Below, piece after piece: positions 1 to 12,619 of a DNA stretch of 64,000 nt. This stretch comes from Mobula hypostoma (taxonomy: Eukaryota): assembly GCF_963921235.1 (NCBI RefSeq), contig NC_086101.1, forward strand, positions 7,008,001 to 7,072,000, written 5' to 3'. Position 1 is the first letter of the stretch, and each line of letters starts with the position of its first letter. The notes beneath the pieces are model-generated. The model saw only the letters and a program-made list of their open reading frames with translations. It was not told the DNA's origin and did not search any database. Position numbers and translations under genes: made by a program.

Positions 1-345
1 CAATTGGTCTGCCATGTCCTTGCTCCCCATAATCAATTCACCTGTTTCTGTCTGTAGGGGACCTACATTTGTCTTTACCAGTCTTTTCCTTTTTACATAT
101 CTATAAAAGCTTTTACAGTCAGTTTTTATGTTCCCTGCCAGTTTTCTCTCATAATCTTTTTTCTCCTTCCTAATTAAGCCCTTTGTCCTCCTCTGCTGAA
201 CTCTGAATTTCTCCCAGTCCTCAGGTGAGCCACTTTTTCTGGCTAATTTGTATGCTTCTTCTTTGGAATTGATACTATCCCTAATTTCTCTTGTCAGCCA
301 AGGGTGCACTATCTTCCTTGATTTATTCTTTTGCCAAACTGGGAT
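1..345 (-). mobile_element. CR1-clade LINE ORF2 fragment
   Basis: Near-identical reverse complement of 9520-9857 (same CR1 family). Confidence 0.8.
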
Positions 346-354
346 GATCCCCTC

Positions 355-690
355 TGATCAGACCAACCACCGTGGTGTTGTCTGCGAACTTGATAATGGA
401 GTTAGAACCATGTACAGGAGTGCAGTCATAGATGAAAAGGGAGTATAGAAGAGGGCTCAGCACACAGCCTTGAGGTACTCCGGTGTTCAGGGTGAGAGTG
501 GAGGAGAAGAGGTTGTCTAACTAAACTTATCGGAGTCTGTTAGTCAGAAAAGTCAATGAAGAACATTCTGACGTAAGAGTTGGGGCTGTCCAGGTGGGTC
601 AGGGCAGAGTGAAGTGCCATGGAGGTGGAGTCCTCTGTTGACCTGTTGGTGCGATAGGCAAATAGATGGGCTCCAGGGTAGAGGGCAGAC
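355..690 (-). mobile_element. Rex1/Babar-type LINE RT fragment
   Basis: [27 protein letters not shown] and [18 protein letters not shown] motifs. Confidence 0.75.
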
Positions 691-719
691 AGGATTTCAG
701 ATGTGATAGAACTGTACTG

Positions 720-1990
720 CACCTTCCTGCTTCAAATTATCCTCCATTGTCCCTGTACCAAACAAGACCAAGGTAACATGCCTGAACAACTGACATCCTG
801 TTGCACTCACCTCAATAATAAGCAATTGCTTTGAGAGTTTGGTCAAGGATTACATCAGCAGCATCCACACTAGACCCCCTACAATTTGCCTACTGACACA
901 TCCGCTCAACAGGCGATGCACTTAATAGCCACTGCTCTACATACCGTCCTTACATTTCTGGAGAAGTGGGATGCTTATGTGAGAATACTATTCTTGGACT
1001 ACAGCATTCAACACCATAATTCCCTCCAGGCTCAACAGGAAGCTCGAGACCTCGGGCCTTGACCCTGCCTTGTGCAGCTGGATCCTGGACTTCCTGTCAG
1101 ATTGTCAGCAGGTGTTAAGAGTGGGCTTCCTCACCTCCACCCCTCTGACTCTCAATACACGAGCTCCTCAGGGCTGTGTCGCCACCCACAGCTCTAATCT
1201 GCTAATTAAATTTGCTGACGACACTACATTGAGGTGGCCTACAGGGAAAAAGTCATCTCTCTGACATAGTGGTGTCAAGAAAACAACGGCTTACTCAATG
1301 TCGCAAAAACAAAAGAGCTGGTTGTAGATTACTGGAGGAATGGAGACGGGCTAACCCCTATTGACATCAATGGATCTGGGTTGAGAGGGTAAACAACTTC
1401 AAGTTCTTCGGCATCCATATCACCGAGCACCTCACGTGGTCTGTACACACCAACTGTGTGGTGAAGAAGGCACAACAGCACCTCTTCCACCTCAGACAGT
1501 TGAGGAAGTTCGGTATGGGTCCCCAGATCCTAAGTACTTTCTATAGGGCACAATTGAGAGCATCCTGACCGGTATGGGGACTGTACCTCCCTTAATCGCA
1601 GGATTCTGCAGAGAGTGGTGCCGACAGCCCAGCACATTTGTACTTGTGAACTTCCAATGATTCCGGACATTTACAAAGACAGGTGTGTAAAAAGGGCCCG
1701 TAGGCTCATTGGGGACCCAAGACACCCCAACCACAATCTATTCCAGCTGCTACCATCCGGGAAATGGTACCGCAGCATAAAAGCCAGGACCAACAGACTC
1801 CGGGACAGCTTCTTCCACCAGGCCATCAGACTGATTAACTCACACTGATCTGAGTGTACTTCTATGTGACACTGACTGTTCTATTTATTATAAATTACTA
1901 TGATTGCACATTTAGATGGAGAGGTAATATAAAGATTTTTACTCCTCATGTACCTGAAGGATGTAAGAAATAAAGTCAATTCAATTCAAT
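720..1990 (+). mobile_element. Rex1/Babar-type LINE, degraded RT to 3' end
   Basis: APQGC, IKFADDT, HP.H.LF.LLPSG..YRSI.ART.RL..SFF motifs; AATAAA followed by a (TTCAA)n tail. Confidence 0.8.
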
Positions 1991-3015
1991 CCAAGCAACA
2001 CACACAAAATGCTGGAGGAACTCAGCAGGGCAGGCAGCATCTATGAGAAAAGTACAGTCGTTTTTCAGGCCAAAGCTCTTCAGCAGGACTAGAGAAAAAA
2101 GATGAGGAATCACAGTTGAAAGGTCGGGGGGGGGGGGGAGCGCGGAGAAACACGAAGTGATCGGTGAAACCGGAAGCTGGGAAGTTGATTGGGTGAAAGA
2201 GATCCAGGACAGGGGAAGGGTGAGTCCTACAGGAGAGAACAGAAGGCCATGGAAGAAAAGTGGGAGGAGCACCAGAGGGAGGCGATGGGCAGGCAAGGAG
2301 ATAAAGTGAGAGAGGGAAAAGGGCACGGGGAATGGTGAAGGAGGGGTGGCCATTACTGGAAGTTCAATAAATCGACATTCATGCCATCAGGTTGGATGCT
2401 ACCCAGATGGAATATAAGATATCGCTCCTCCAACTGAGTGTGGCCTCATTGTGGCAGTAGAGGAGACCCTCGATGGACATATGGGAATAGGCAGTGGAAT
2501 TAAAATGGGTGGCTACTGGGATCCAGCTTTTTCTGGTGCTTGGTGAAGCAGACTCCCAATCTATGTCGGGTCTCACCGATATACAGGAGGCCACACCAGG
2601 AGCACCAAACACAGTCTATGACCCCACCTGACACACAGGTGAAGTGTCGCCTCACCTGGAAGTGCCAGGAGGGAGTTCAGTGGGATGGAACGAATGGATA
2701 AGGGAGTCGTGTAGGGAGTGATCCCCGCTGAAAGCAGGAAGTGGGGGAGAGGGAAAGATGTGCTTGCTGGTGGGATCCTGTTGGAGATGGTGGAAATTAC
2801 AGAAATTATTGAGAGTGAGGAGAAGTTCCGCTAGGTGGAGGAGAGTGGTTGTGGAAGGGAAATGGTTGGGACAGGTGTCCAGAAAGAAACCGAGAGCTTT
2901 GAGGCCTTCCTGCTGTTGGATGGAGGTGCACAGGGACTGGACATCCATAGTGAAAATAAGATGATCGGGGCCAGGGAACTTGAAATCATTGAAAAGATCC
3001 GGAGCGTGTGAAGTC
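1991..3015 (-). mobile_element. Penelope-like element fragment (RT/GIY-YIG, 3' end with degenerate hammerhead)
   Basis: LIFTMDVQSL (RT) and PVATHFNS (GIY-YIG region); hammerhead remnant at about 2055-2090. Confidence 0.75.
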
Positions 3016-3199
3016 ACTGATGGTTCACTCCACCCTGAGACAGTGACCCCTGACCCTCAGACAGGGGAAACGTCCTCCCTGCATCCTGTCTGTTGAGCCC
3101 TGAAAGAGTTTTGTGTTTCCCTGAGATCTCCTCTCATTCTTCTAAACGGGGAACAGAGAACAGTACACTGCAGGAACAGGCACAGAAACTGAAATTGGT

Positions 3200-3660
3200 C
3201 ATGTGTTGGGCAGTGAAGTTTGTCTAAAGTTACAACAGGACCTCAATCAACTGGGAATCTGGGCAAAGGAATGGCAGAAAGAATTCAACACAGAAATGTG
3301 CCAAGTGACACATTTCAGGAAGTTAAAACCAGGACAGAATGTACACAGTGAATGTCAGGGCCCTGGGGAGTGTTGTAGAATAGAAATACCCAGGGGAACA
3401 AGTACATCATTCCTGAGAGTAGAGACACAGGTAGACAGTGTAGTGAAGAAGGTGTATGGTACGCTGGCCTTCATCGATCGGGGCATTAAGTACATGAGAT
3501 GGTTTGTCACGTTACAGTTGTACAAGACATTGGTGAGACCACACTCAGAGTACTGGGTGCAGTTCTGGTCGTCGAGCTGTAGAAAGGATGATATTCAGCT
3601 GGAATATGTGCAGACAAGATTCACAGGAATGTTACCGGGGCTCAAGGGCTTCAGGAGAAT
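3200..3660 (+). mobile_element. CR1 ORF2 C-terminal fragment
   Basis: LQQDL..L..WAKEWQ.EFN and LYKTLVRPH.EY.VQFWS. Confidence 0.75.
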
Positions 3661-5064
3661 CTGGATCAACCTTTGTATCCAAAACTCTATCCATGTCTCT
3701 CTTCAACATAGTTGATGTGTAAATGTGCAGAGCCCTGTTAGATTATGAGCTGGGTAAATACGTTTATTCACCTCTGAATGGTCGTCCCCTCACTGTGCCT
3801 CCTCATCCTGACACCCCCGTTACCAGAAACATCATCCCTGCATCTACCTGGGGAGCCTGGAGCAAGTCGCAGACTCTCTCTCTGTCTCCACCACACACAC
3901 AAATACACACAGGGGGCTTCACCATTTACATTTCTCCATTGCGTCAATGACCAACACAATCTGCCCAAGGATTGTGCTGGGATCAGCCTGCATGTGTTGC
4001 CACCCTTCTGGCTCCAAAATATCATGTCCACGTCTCTCTACCCTTCACCGTACCTCTCCGGGTAGTTCCAACCTGAGCATCGATTTCTCTAATGGTCCAC
4101 TCCCCTCTCCAAGCACATTCCTTCTTCTATATCCCCCTTCCGGACGAAATTACACTGCACACACATTTTTTTCTTGAATCAGATGCTGGAATAACTAAAA
4201 CAAAACAGAAAATTATTTGAAACCCGCAACAGAGCAGGCAGTGTTTGAATCAATTCCGGGAGAGGTCACCGACGTGGAACATGAAGCCTGTTCGTCTCTC
4301 CATAGATCCTGACCAACCTGCTGTGTTTTTCCTGCATTTCCTGAGTGTGAACTGGGTCCCAAAATGAACATCTGATTTAACGTAGAGATCCCGGCTCTAT
4401 TTGTCTCATAAATTATAGGAACAGCTGCCCATGTCCCGTCAGGGTGATCGTCAACCTGACAGCATCAACATTGAATTCTCAAACTTCTGGTCGTCACTCC
4501 CTGTCAATTTTACTATGTAAATGTCTCTCTCCTCCTGATCCATCAGCCCCATCACCCGACCACCTTAACCCCTCCTGCCCACCCTCTCCATCTGCCCATC
4601 ACCCACACACTCCTCCCCACCTCCCTCCCTTTACTCCAGTCTCCACTTTCCCCTCCTGTCAGATTCCAAAATCTTCAGCCCTTTGTCACTGACCCCTCTC
4701 ACCTCCCATTTCTGACACATTTCCATCCCTCCCTCATCTATTACCCCTCACCTGGATCCACCCATCACCTGTCCATTTCCCTCCACAGATGTTACCTGAC
4801 ACACTGGGAGATCCCGCCGCTTCGTGTGCTACCGACAGTACATGTCCCGTGTTACCAAGATTCACCCTGACCTCCCTCTCCCAGTCAGCACCACCACCAC
4901 TTGTCCCAGTTACCCGGTCAGTCCCGGTGGACTTTTGCACCCGGGGGAGCCGGGGAGCTCAGGACCCGCCGCCCGCGGCTACTGCTGAATCCGCGGTGCT
5001 TCTGTTCCGTTGACGGATGCGGTGAACGAGTTAAAATTAATGGATCGATAATTCTCACATCGTG

Positions 5065-5070
5065 TTTATT
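5065..5070 (-). terminator. candidate polyadenylation signal of the TRIM gene
   Basis: AATAAA on the minus strand about 65 nt downstream of the stop codon. Confidence 0.55.
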
Positions 5071-5134
5071 TCACTCTCCGCACATTTATATTTACACTGA
5101 CTTACTCCTGACGCCGGTCCCGGACCCGACCCGT

Positions 5135-5667
5135 TTACAGACCCGGAGAGGATCCGGAGCAGATTCTCAGCCACTCGTTTGGATATACAGTCACGAAGTA
5201 AGGATAAAGTTTCTCCGTGAATTTATTCCCAGTGAAGGTGTGGAGATGGGACTTGGTCTCCGCGTTGTAAAATGAAACTGTCCCGGACTGGTAACGGAGA
5301 TAAACTCCCACCCTCCCGGGGAAGGGACCGGCAGGGAGACGGGACTCAGGGGAGGTGAGAACCCACATCTCGTCATTAACCCGCCCGATGATCCAGAATC
5401 CGGTCCCCGGACTCCGTGTGACCCGTCCCTTCCTCTCCACAGACTCTGCGGCGACTCCCAGACCCCAGCGCCGATTCCCCGTCACCTCCACCTCCCAGTA
5501 ATGTCTCCCCGATGTGAATCCCTCCGATCCCAGCACACAACGCCAGACTGTGAACCTCTTCCCGGTGTCAGGGAGATCCCTCCGGGTCCCGGTCCGTCTC
5601 ACACTCTTCCGATCCTCAGACACCTCGAGCCACGGACTCGCCGTTTCCACATCCAGGGTGACAGAGA
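5135..5667 (-). CDS. TRIM gene exon 6: PRY/SPRY (B30.2) domain
   Basis: ctccccacag|TCTCTGTCACCCTGGAT; (V)SVTLDVETAS...CVLGSEGFTSGRHYWEVEV..WGLGVA...GRVGVYL..GTVSFYN..HLHTF..LYPYF to TAA at 5135; phase-1 junction matches exon 5. Confidence 0.93.
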
Positions 5668-6107
5668 CTGTGGGGAGAAGCAGAGAATTAGAGAGTCCCG
5701 GGGATCGGGGGGAGACTCGGGCAGCGCGGCCCCGGGACCGGACCGGGGACAGAACCCTTTCCCGGGGTTTAACCCAAACACAGCGGATGGAAAACCAGCA
5801 TCTTCCCAAGGTTTTTCCCCGACATGGAGAGCGGATTTTTCCCGATCAACACACAAGATTCTGGAGGATCTCAGCGGGTCAAGCAGCATGTGTTAAGGGA
5901 GATTTCAAGCCGAGACCTTTCCTCAAGATTGGAAAGAAAGACGGGAGATAACAGTGGAAACGGGTATGAGGAAGGGGTGGAGCAACAACTGGATCCAGAT
6001 GAGGATAGGGTGAGTAAACACTGGAGGCATTTAAAGAGGAGGTCAAGCAGAATTCATTCATGTCGACCAACTCACTTTAATGAACTAGTTCCATTTGCCT
6101 GTATTTG

Positions 6108-7544
6108 GTGAGCGCAGCAGGTCAGGCAGCATCTCTAGGAAGAGGTGCAGTCGACTTTTCAGGCCGAGACCTTTCGTCAGGACTAAGTGAAGGAAGAGTT
6201 AGTAAGAGATTTGGGAGGGGGAGGGGGAGGAGGAAGTCCAAAATGATAGGAGAAGACAGGAGGGGGCGGGATGGAGCCAAGAGCTGGACAGGTGATTGGC
6301 AAAGTGGATACGAGAGGATCATGGGACAGGAGGTCCAGGGAGAAGGAAAAGTGGGGCGGGGGGGAACGCAGAGGATGGGCAAGGGGTATAGTCAGAGGGA
6401 CAGAGGGAGAAAAAGGAGAGAGAGAGAAAGAATGTGTGTATATAAGTAACAGATGGGGTACGAGGGGGAGGTGGGGCATTAGCGGAAGTTAGAGAAGTCA
6501 ATGTTCATGCCATCAGGTTGGAGGCTACCTAGACGGAATATAAGGTGTTGTTCCTCCAACCTGAGTGTGGCTTCATCTTTACAGTAGAGGAGGCTGTGGA
6601 TAAACATGTCAGAATGGGAATGGGATGTGGAACTAAAATGTGTGGCCACTGGGAGATCCTGCTTTCTCTGGCGGACAGAGCGTAGGTGTTCAGCAAAATG
6701 ATCTCCCAGTCTGCGTCGGGTCTCACCAATATATAAAAAGGCCACATCGGGAGCACCAGACACAGTATATCACCCCAGCTGACTCACAGGTGAAGTGTCA
6801 CCTCACCTGGAAGGACTGTCTGGGGCCCTGAATGGTGGTAAGGGAGGAAGTGTAAGGGCATGTGTAGCACTTTTTCTGTTTACAAGGATAAGTGCCAGGA
6901 GGGAGATCAGTGGGGAGGGATGGGAGGGACGAATGGACAAGGGAGTCGCGTAGGGAGCGATCCCTGCAGAAAGCCGGGGGGGTGGGGGAGGGAAAGATGT
7001 GCTTAGTGGTGGGATCCCGTTGGAGGTGGCAGAAGTTACGGAGAATAATATATTGGACCCGGAGGCTGGTGGGGTGGTAGGTGAGGACCAGGGGAACCCT
7101 ATTCCTAGTGGGGTGGCGGGAGGATGGAGTGAGAGCAGATGTGCGTGAAATGGGGGAGATGCGTTTGAGAGCAGAGTTGATGGTGGAGGAAGGGAAGCCC
7201 CTTTCTTTAAAAAAGGAGGACATCTCCCTCGAACTGGAATGAAAAGCCTCATCCCGAGAGCAGATGCGGCGGAGATGGAGGAATTGCGAGAAGGGGATGG
7301 CATTTTTGCAAGAGACAGGGTGAGAAGAGGAATAGTCCAGATAGCTATGAGAGTCAGTAGGCTTATAGTAGACATCAGTAGATAAGTTGTCTCCAGAGAT
7401 TGAGACAGAAAGATGTAAAAAGGGAAGGGAGGTGTCGGAAATGGACCAGGTAATCTTGATGGCAGGGTGAAAGTTGGAGGCAAAGTTCACCAGCAACTTT
7501 GATGTGTGTTGCTTGAGTTTCCAGCATCTGCAGAATTCCTTGTG
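6108..7544. mobile_element. Penelope-like insertion with inverted body (minus) and 3' tail (plus), 14-bp TSD
   Basis: Minus-strand RT C-terminus (TDVYYKPTDSHSYLDYSSSHP) and GIY-YIG (LYIGETRRRLGDHFAEH); plus-strand tail 7485-7547; TTTGCCTGTATTTG at 6094-6107 and 7545-7558. Confidence 0.88.
6149..6184 (-). ncRNA. minimal type-I hammerhead ribozyme motif (helix III palindrome mutated)
   Basis: AGTC-CTGACGA-A-AGG(TCTCGG)CCT-GAAA-AG-TC-GACT. Confidence 0.7.
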
Positions 7545-8224
7545 TTTGCCTGTATTTGCCCATTATTTCTTTAACCCTTTCCCACCCATGTACCCGTCCA
7601 GATGTCTTTTAAATCATTGTAACTGTACCCACCTCTACAGTTTCCTTTGGCAGCCTCCTGAGCTCCAGGAAAATGACCCAGAATATCCAGCCTCTCCTTA
7701 TAACCCAAACACTCCAGTCCCAGTAATATCCTTGTAAATCTGTTTCATACCCTCTCAGTTTAATGACATTCTTCCTGGAGAAACATCACCAGCACTGGAC
7801 AGGGTGATCCTAATCATAAAGACAAGAAAATCTGCAGATTCTGGAAATCCAGAGCAACACACACAAAACCTTGACCCAAAACATCAACTGTTTATTCATA
7901 TCCATAGCTGCTGCCTGAGCTGCTGATTTCCTCCAACAGTTTGTGTGTGTTACTCTGCTCCATATGTGGCCTTCCCAATGTCTTGGACACTCATAACGTG
8001 ACGTCCCAGCTCTTGTACTCAGTATTCTGACTGATGAAGGCAATCACCTCCTGGTCTCTCTGTTCCACAACACCCTCCAGGGCCCCACCGATTGCTGTGT
8101 AAATCCTGTCCCGGTTTCCCTTCCAAAATGCAACACCCTCATCTCTGAATTAAAATGAATTTCCATCCAATGGGCCAGTGACCCAATTAATCAAGATCTC
8201 ATTGTAATCTTGGATAAACCATGA

Positions 8225-9372
8225 GCAACAGGGTTATGTAGCAGAAAACACAATACTATGCCACCTTGGGGCATTCTGGAGTTCAGAGATCAATTCCGAC
8301 ACCATCTGGAAGGAATTTGTACGTTCTCCCCATTACCTTGTGCTCCCGATTCATCCCTCAGATTGGGGGAGTGGACAGCAGGGAAAACCATCTTTACTTG
8401 CAGTGAGATCTGGAGCAGTTGGGAAAAATGAGCTGAAAAGTGGCAGCTAGAATTTAATGCAGACAAGTGTGAGCTGTTGCACTTCTGTAGGACCCCAGTG
8501 TAGGTCTTACACAGTGAATGGTCGGGCACTGAGGACTCTGTTCTGCAGCAGATCTGGGAACACAGGTCCATAATTCATTGGAAGTAGTGCTACAGGTCAA
8601 TAGGGAAAAAGAAGTATTTGTCACATTGGCCTTCATAAATCAAAGCAATGAATACAGGAGATGGGATGTTACGTTGAGACCTGGTGAGGCCTAATTTGGG
8701 GTATTGTGTACAGTTTCAGTCACCTACCCACAGGAAAGATGTAAACAAGATTGAAAATTTACAGGGATGCTGCTGGGACTGGAGGACCTGAGTCATAAGG
8801 AAAGATTGAACAGTTTTGTACTTTATTCCTGTAACATAGAAGACTGAGGAGAGATTTTCATAGAGGCATACAAAATTATGTGGGCTATAGATAGGGTAAA
8901 TGCAAGCAGGCTTTTTCCATGGAGGTTGGGTAGGATTACAACCAGAGGTCATGGGTTAAAGGTGAAAGATGAAAAGTTTAAGGGAAACATGCTGGGAAAC
9001 GGCTTCATTCAGAGGGTTGTTAGAGTGTGGAACGAGCTGCCAGTGCAAGTGGTACATGCAAGCTCGATTTAAACATTTAAGAGAAGTTTGGACAGGTACA
9101 TGGAAGGTAGGAGTTGGAGGACGGTGGTCCTGATGCACGTCGATGGGAGCAAGTAGTTTAAATGTTTCAGTACAGACCAGGTGGGCTGAAGGGCCTGTGC
9201 TGTTCGTTTCTATCACTCTGTGACGCTTGTACAAAGACATAACGGTTTGTCAGTTAAATGGTCATTGTCTATTGCCCCATGATTAGGCTAGTTTTAAATA
9301 GCTGGGGTGCTGATTGGAGCAGGTTATTGGTCTGGGACGGCCTGTTTCATGCTGTATCTAAATAAATAAATA
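8225..9372 (+). mobile_element. V-SINE/HE1-like SINE interrupted by a CR1 3' fragment (about 8350-9220)
   Basis: GGAATTTGTACGTTCTCCCC core at about 8311; tail resumes at about 9232 and ends in (AAAT)n; the intervening CR1 carries RTRGH/QRVVRVWNELP-type motifs. Confidence 0.55.
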
Positions 9373-9383
9373 ACCTCTTCACT

Positions 9384-11990
9384 GTCCAACCTGATGGCAT
9401 GAATATTGACTTCTCTAACTTCCATAAATGCCCCTCCTCCACTTCACAACCCATCCCTTATTTATTTATTTAATATTTTTTTGTTTCTCCCCCACTTTTT
9501 TCTCTCTCTCTTATCCCAGTTTGGCAAAAGAATAAATCAAGGAAGGTAGTGCACCCGTGGCTGACAAGAGAAATTAGGGATAGTATCAATTCCAAAGAAG
9601 TAGCATACAAATTAGCCAGAGAAAGTGGCTCACCTGAGGACTGGGAGAAATTCAGAGTTCAGCAGAGGAGGACAAAGGGCTTAATTAGGAAGGGGAAAAA
9701 AGATTATGAGAGAAAACTGGTAGGGAACATAAAAACGGACTGTAAAAGCTTTTATAGATATGTAAAAAGGAAAAGACTGGTAAAGACAAATATAGGGCCC
9801 CTGCAGACAGAAACAGGTGAATTGATTATGGGGAGCAAGGACATGGCAGACCAATTGAATAATTACTTTGGTTCTGTCTTCACTAAGGAGGACATAAATA
9901 ATCTTCCAGAAATAGTAAGGGACAGAGGGTCCAGTGAGATGGAGGAACTGAGTGAAATACATGTTAGTAGGGAAGTGGTGTTAGGTAAATTGAAGGGATT
10001 GAAGGCAGATAAATCCCCAGGGCCAGATGGTCTGCATCCCAGAGTGCTTAAGGAAGAAGCCCAAGAAATAGTGGATGCATTAGTGATAATTTTTCAAAAC
10101 TCGTTAGATTCTGGACTAGTTCCTGAGGATTGGAGGGTGGCTAATGTAACCCCACTTTTTAAAAAAGGAGGGAGAGAGAAACCGGGGAATTATAGACCGG
10201 TTAGCCTAATGTCGGTGGTGGGGAAACTGCTCGAGTCAGTTATCAAGGATGTGATAACAGCACATTTGGAAAGCGGAGAAATGATTGGACAAAGTCAGCA
10301 TGGATTTGTGAAAGGAAAATCATGTCTGACGAATCTCATAGAATTTTTTGAGGATGTAACTAGTAGAGTGGATAGGGGAGAACCAGTGGATGTGGTATAT
10401 TTGGATTTTCAAAAGGCTTTTGACAAGGTCCCACACAGGAGATTAGTGTGCAAACTTCAAGCACACGGTATTGGGGGTAAGGTATTGGTGTGGGTGGAGA
10501 ATTGCTTAGCAGACAGGAAGCAAAGAGTGGGAATAAACGGGACCTTTTCAGAATGGCAGGCGGTGACTAGTGGGGTACCACAAGGCTCAGTGCTGGGACC
10601 CCAGTTGTTTACAATATATATTAATGACTTGGATGAGGGAATTAAATGCAGCATCTCCAAGTTTGCAGATGACACGAAGCTGGGTGGCAGTGTTAGCAGT
10701 GAGGAGGATGCTAAGAGGATGCAGGGTAACTTGGATAGGTTGGGTGAGTGGGCAAACTCATGGCAGATGCAATTTAATGTGGATAAATGTGAAGTTATCC
10801 ACTTTGGTGGCAAAAATAGGAAAACAGATTATTATCTGAATGGTGGCTGATTAGGAAAAGGGGAGGTGCAACGAGACCTGGGTGTCGTTATACACCAGTC
10901 ATTGAAAGTGGGCATGCAGGTACAGCAGGCGGTGAAAAAGGCGAATGGTATGCTGGCATTTATAGCGAGAGGATTTGAGTACAGGAGCAGGGAGGTACTA
11001 CTGCAGTTGTACAAGGCCTTGGTGAGACCACACCTGGAGTATTGTGTGCAGTTTTGGTCCCCTAATCTGAGGAAAGACATCTTTGCCATAGAGGGAGTAC
11101 AAAGAAGGTTCACCAGATTGATTCCTGGGATGGCAGGACTTTCATATGAAGAAAGACTGGATGAACTGGGCTTGTACTCGTTGGAATTTAGAAGATTGAG
11201 GGGGGATCTGATTGAAACATATAAGATCCTAAAGGGATTGGACAGGCTAGATGCAGGAAGATTGTTCCCGATGTTGGGGAAGTCCAGAACGAGGGGTCAC
11301 AGTTTGAGGATAGAGGGGAAGCCTTTTAGGACCGAGATTAGGAAAAACTTCTTCACACAGAGAGTGGTGAATCTGTGGAATTCTCTGCCACAGGAAACTG
11401 TTGAGGCCAGTTCATTGGCTATGTTTAAGAGGGAGTTAGATATGGCCCTTGTGGCTACAAGGGTCAGGGGGTATGGAGGGAAGGCTGGGGCGGGGTTCTG
11501 AGTTGGATGATCAGCCATGATCATAATAAATGGCGGTGCAGGCTCGAAGGGCTGAATGGCCTACTCCTGCACCTATTTTCTATGTTTCTATGTTTCTATG
11601 TTTCTATATTTCTCCCTCTGCCCCTCTCACTAAAAATCCTTGCCTGCTGTCCACCCTCCGGGCTCCCCTCCCCACTTCTGTCTCTCCCCAGACTTCCCGT
11701 CCCATGATCCTCTCCCTTCTCCAGTCTGGTATCCCTTTTGCCAATCAACTTTCCAGCTCTGAGATTCACCCCTCCCCTCCTGTCTTCTCCTATCATTTTG
11801 GATCTCCCCCTCTCCCCCCTACTTTCAAATCTCTCACAATCTCTTCTTCCAGTTAGTCCTGACGAAGGGTCTTGGCCCAAAACGTTGACTGTACCTCTTC
11901 CTAGAGAGGCTGCCTGGCCTGCTGCGTTCACCAGCATTTTTTGCGTGTGTTGCTTGAATGTCCAGCATCTGCAGACTTCTTTGTGTTTGC
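9384..11990 (+). mobile_element. Penelope-like 3' end split by the CR1 at 9511-11610
   Basis: CAACCTGATGGCATGAATATTGAC at about 9387; sequence continues after 11610; hammerhead at 11855-11890 (G12>A, GTT triplet); terminal CCAGCATCTGCAGA..GTGTTT. Confidence 0.8.
9511..11610 (+). mobile_element. young 5'-truncated CR1 LINE (RT to 3' tail)
   Basis: ORFs 9549-10850 and 10866-11501 share a frame and are separated by one [26 protein letters not shown]; (TTTCTATG)n tail 11577-11608. Confidence 0.95.
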
Positions 11991-12224
11991 GTTTTAAACA
12001 CGTCACCTACATTCTCTCCAAATCATTCATATGAATGATGAAAAACAGTGGACCCAGCACCGATCCCTGCAGCACAACCGCTGGTCACAGGACTCCACCC
12101 AGACAATTCTGTATCCTATTCCAGATCGTACTGTATCCCATGTGATCTAACTCTCTGCTACCTTGTCAAATCCCTCGCTAAACTCCATGGAGACGATGTC
12201 TACTGCACTTTCATCACCTGTTAT

Positions 12225-12615
12225 TTATTTATTGAGATACAGCACGGAATAGGCCTTTCCAGTCCTTTGACCCCCACCACCCAGAAACCCCTGATTTAAT
12301 CCGAGCCTGACCATGGGACAAGTTACAATGACCCCCACCACCCAGAAACCCCTGATTTAATCCGAGCCTGACCATGGGACAAGTTACAATGACCCCCACC
12401 ACCCAGAAACCCCTGATTTAATCCGAGCCTGACCATGGGACAAGTTACAATGACCAACCTGCCAACCGGTACGGGTTTGGATTGTGAAACTGGAGCACCT
12501 GGAAGAAACTCACGTGGTCATGGGGAACGTACAAACTCCTTACAGGCAGTGACGGGACATAAACCCGGGTTGCTGGTACTGTAAAGTGTGGTGCTAACCA
12601 CTATGCTACCGTACC
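12225..12615 (-). mobile_element. tRNA-derived V-SINE/HE1-like SINE
   Basis: A-box-like GGTAGCATAGTGG head, GGAGTTTGTACGTTCCCC..CCAGGTGCTCCAGTTTC core, (AAAT)n tail. Confidence 0.65.
12268..12455. repeat. 61-bp tandem repeat, 3 perfect copies, inside the SINE
   Basis: TGACCCCCACCACCCAGAAACCCCTGATTTAATCCGAGCCTGACCATGGGACAAGTTACAA starting at 12268, 12329 and 12390. Confidence 0.95.
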
Positions 12616-12619
12616 GTCC

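Noticed and set aside
4180..4345. Additional hammerhead near 4255-4290 (and near 7868)
   Set aside because: The flanks look like Penelope fold-back remnants, but the catalytic core is not recognisable.
5668..5809. N-terminal extension of the 224-aa SPRY ORF as a single-exon gene
   Set aside because: There is a strong acceptor at 5668 in phase with exon 5; the extension is GC-rich intron read-through.
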